From positions 6,790 through 70,789 of the IMG/VR virus record IMGVR_UViG_3300021376_000042: a stretch of 64,000 nucleotides of DNA. One strand, given 5' to 3'. How positions within the stretch are numbered: position 1 is the stretch's first letter; each line of letters opens with the position of its first letter. The position numbers and the translations under genes are program-made. The stretch comes from a virus. Below are positions 61,574-64,000 of the stretch, in pieces. A model generated the notes under the pieces. That model searched no databases and was not told where the DNA came from. It was given only the letters and a program-made list of their open reading frames with translations.

Positions 61574-61876
61574 ATGACTGAAACAAATACAGAAATGAAT
61601 ACTGATGTAATGAGCGATTATAATGATTTTGCTAAAGTTAGCATCGTAGATGCTGCTATAGCACAAGACAAAGACGCTTTTATGCAAGCCTTTAACAATG
61701 CAATATCACAAAAAGTTGTTGATGCGCTTGAGGTAAAAAAAGTAGAGATTGCTTCTAATTTAATCGGAACACAAGAAGTAGAAACGAATGAGATTGAAAC
61801 AACTCAAGCAGAAGTTGACGGAAGCAGCGATGGAGAATCCATCGCAGCAGATGCAACAGAAAGCCAAGAAGCCTGA
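61574..61876 (+). CDS. Prohead core protein (gp67-like)
   Basis: Acidic, follows the portal; F...I..KV.DALE.KK.E.A. Confidence 0.65.
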   Translation: MTETNTEMNTDVMSDYNDFAKVSIVDAAIAQDKDAFMQAFNNAISQKVVDALEVKKVEIASNLIGTQEVETNEIETTQAEVDGSSDGESIAADATESQEA

Positions 61877-62663
61877 AGATACAGTCAGAGCAAAAGTTAT
61901 GGCTGCTAAATCAGCATTGGGATTGAAAGATCTCAATGTTGCTGCTGCTATTGCTGGGCATAAGATGTATCAGGCTCACGCATCAAAAAATCCTGATCTG
62001 CCTGCAAATCAAATTTTAAATAAAATTTCTGCTAATGCAAGAACTAATTATCTAAAACTTACGTCAGAAGTTCCATCATCAGTATTAGGTAATGTTCCAA
62101 TGACGCAATTTCGTTCTACGTTACAAAAATTAAAACAAGCGCGTGGAATAATGCAGCAAGTAAATAACTCTTATGAAATTACTGATCTTAATCAAATTTC
62201 AGAAGCTGCAAGATTAAAAGATGAAATTAATCCACCTTATATGCTTGTATTGAAGCGTAGAGGTATTCGTATTTTCCCAGATGGAAAACGTGTTGCGCTG
62301 TATGTTAACGAAAAACTTGGTTTAACATTTACAGTGCCATACGAACCTGCTGGAACAATGGCTAAAGAAGTTCTTCCTGGTGTTCAAGCCGAAGAAATTG
62401 AATTATCAGAAGAAAATATTGAAGAGAATATTGATCACATTAAAGATATTGTAGATAAACATCAAGCAAAAAAATTAAAATTTCTTGATGGAACTTCTAT
62501 GAATGTTGATGCTACTACTGCAAAAGCAATACATTTAGCGCATGGTGCATTAAACGATCAAAATAAAGCAAAAATTACAAGAATGATCTCTCACAGCAAA
62601 AGTCAATTTATGAAGGTTGCTGATTTTGCAATGAAAAATACTGCATTTAAAATAAACAAATGA
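61788..62663 (+). CDS. Prohead core-associated hypothetical protein
   Basis: PP.MLVLKR..IR.FPDG.RVALY, F.DG....VD..TA.AI; overlaps the upstream gene by 89 nt. Confidence 0.65.
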   Translation: MRLKQLKQKLTEAAMENPSQQMQQKAKKPEDTVRAKVMAAKSALGLKDLNVAAAIAGHKMYQAHASKNPDLPANQILNKISANARTNYLKLTSEVPSSVLGNVPMTQFRSTLQKLKQARGIMQQVNNSYEITDLNQISEAARLKDEINPPYMLVLKRRGIRIFPDGKRVALYVNEKLGLTFTVPYEPAGTMAKEVLPGVQAEEIELSEENIEENIDHIKDIVDKHQAKKLKFLDGTSMNVDATTAKAIHLAHGALNDQNKAKITRMISHSKSQFMKVADFAMKNTAFKINK

Positions 62664-62962
62664 AAACAGTTGCTGAAGTTGTAAAAGAGATTATAGCAGA
62701 AGCGAATGTTCAACGCATGGGTCGTAAGAAACTTATTCGTGCGCGTGTTCGTGGTGGTAAAGTTCAACGTCGTAAAGTATTTTCTGCTGTAAAAGGATAT
62801 ACAATTCGTGGTGGGAGAATGATTCGTATTTCTCCATCTGAAAGATTAAAAAGAAAGATGGGTGCTCGCCGCGCAAAAGTAAAACGTAGAGCAAAAATGG
62901 CGAGAGCATTAATTAAAAGAAAGCGTTCACTTCGTAGACGCGCATCACTAGGACTAAGATAA
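62660..62962 (+). CDS. Arg/Lys-rich prohead core protein (gp68-like)
   Basis: Very basic; immediately upstream of gp21. Confidence 0.65.
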   Translation: MKTVAEVVKEIIAEANVQRMGRKKLIRARVRGGKVQRRKVFSAVKGYTIRGGRMIRISPSERLKRKMGARRAKVKRRAKMARALIKRKRSLRRRASLGLR

Positions 62963-63607
62963 ATGAAATTAATTACAGAGAATATTGAAGAAGTAAAGTT
63001 AGTCACTGAAGAAAAAAACGGTGTCAAAACACTTTACATTCAAGGACCATTTCTTGTTTCAGAAACAAAAAACCGCAATGGTCGTATGTATCGCAAAGAA
63101 ACTCTTGCTAACGAAGTAAAGCGTTACAATGAAGAATATGTTACTAAGAATCGTGCATTTGGTGAGTTGGGTCATCCAGAGTCACCAACAATCAATTTAG
63201 ATCGCGTTTCGCATCTAATCACAAGCCTCAAGGAAGATGGTAATGTCTTCGTAGGAAAGGCGAAAATTCTTGAAACACCAATGGGTAAAATCGCCAAGTC
63301 TCTAATGGAAGGCGGTGCAACTCTTGGTGTGTCATCGCGTGGCATGGGCTCCGTTAAAAACGAGGGTGGTGTCAACATTGTTCAGGATGACTTTTATCTC
63401 GCTACAGCAGCAGATATTGTCGCGGATCCGTCCGCACCAGGTGCTTTCGTTTCAGGTATTATGGAAGGCAAAGAGTGGGTTTGGGATAATGGCATTGTAA
63501 AAGAAATTGACGTCAATGCTTATTACGAACAAATCAAGAACGCAAAGCAAAAACAAATCGACGAAATCTCATTAAAGATTTTTGAGAATTTCGTGTCAAA
63601 ACTTTAA
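62963..63607 (+). CDS. gp21: Prohead protease gp21
   Basis: MKLITE, NRNGR.Y, GELGHP, LGVSSRGMGS, DIVADPSAP.AFV. Confidence 0.96.
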   Translation: MKLITENIEEVKLVTEEKNGVKTLYIQGPFLVSETKNRNGRMYRKETLANEVKRYNEEYVTKNRAFGELGHPESPTINLDRVSHLITSLKEDGNVFVGKAKILETPMGKIAKSLMEGGATLGVSSRGMGSVKNEGGVNIVQDDFYLATAADIVADPSAPGAFVSGIMEGKEWVWDNGIVKEIDVNAYYEQIKNAKQKQIDEISLKIFENFVSKL

Positions 63608-63611
63608 ATTT

Positions 63612-63619
63612 TATAAATA
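63612..63619 (+). promoter_or_regulatory. T4-type late promoter
   Basis: TATAAATA upstream of the gp22-like gene. Confidence 0.75.
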
Positions 63620-63646
63620 ATATTACTTCTTTAGGAGTTTAAACAA

Positions 63647-64000
63647 ATGGCTAAAACATTATCTGAATCTGCTGCTGAAATCCTCAAGGCATCTATGAAT
63701 GCAGGAAAAGAACCAGCTGCAACACTTTCAGCCGAAGTTCAGGATCTCGGCGGACAAACCCCACAATCACAGTCCACAGCAATTGGTGCGGCTGCTTCTG
63801 CTAAAATGAAAGAAGCACCAAAACCAGGTGTAACGGGCGCACCAGCAGAGCCAATGAAGAAGGCTCCTGAGACAGCCAAGAAAGTCGGCGATGAAGAAGA
63901 AGAAGCTCTTAAGAAGAATCCAGTTGATGCTGGTTCAGTTAAGGCTGAAGAAGCCGAAGTTGAAGGCGAAGAAGTTGTCACTGAAGAAGAAGCAGCCACT
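63647..64000 (+). CDS. gp22: Prohead scaffold gp22-like (3'-truncated by the window edge)
   Basis: AGGAG SD, MAKTLSESAAEILKAS..., acidic, follows gp21. Confidence 0.65.
   Translation, partial: MAKTLSESAAEILKASMNAGKEPAATLSAEVQDLGGQTPQSQSTAIGAAASAKMKEAPKPGVTGAPAEPMKKAPETAKKVGDEEEEALKKNPVDAGSVKAEEAEVEGEEVVTEEEAAT

Noticed and set aside
63739-63999. 86-aa minus-strand ORF at the window end
   Set aside because: Antisense to the truncated gp22-like gene starting at 63647
1-64000. Stop-codon reassignment or introns in core genes
   Set aside because: Core genes (gp17, gp18, gp20, gp32 and others) are full-length and uninterrupted in the standard code

Overview
A 64 kb segment of a large T4-like myovirus genome (standard genetic code, dense, mostly + strand). 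1-11.8 kb holds accessory and replication genes: a DUF262/HNH nuclease, a DenV-like glycosylase, a HAD phosphatase, PhoH, a PD-(D/E)XK exonuclease, AhpC peroxiredoxin, a SleB-like hydrolase, GuaC, gp33, gp59, a GIY-YIG homing endonuclease and gp32. 11.8-17.6 kb is a minus-strand tail/baseplate block (tape-measure-like protein with a GH19 domain, gp51, gp26, gp54, gp2, gp4). 17.6-64 kb is the virion module: gp48, 53, hub, 5, 25, 6, 7, 8, two VrlC-like proteins, three heptad-repeat fibres, gp13-gp21 and the start of gp22. The most notable element is a compact cassette at 5.8-7.35 kb, mostly missed by the ORF track. An OxyR-like operator precedes ahpC, a 35-aa membrane peptide, a secreted EF-hand protein and a CDGSH-like Fe-S protein, and the cassette ends in a circularly permuted two-piece tmRNA (tag ANDDVYEMALAA). 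Other points of interest are a BIL-type Hint domain between polyproline linkers in a virion protein, a tail-fibre cupredoxin domain with an intact type-1 copper ligand set, a possibly capsid-packaged HAD phosphatase and a structured leader on the homing endonuclease. All assignments come from motif recognition and synteny by eye; no searches were run.
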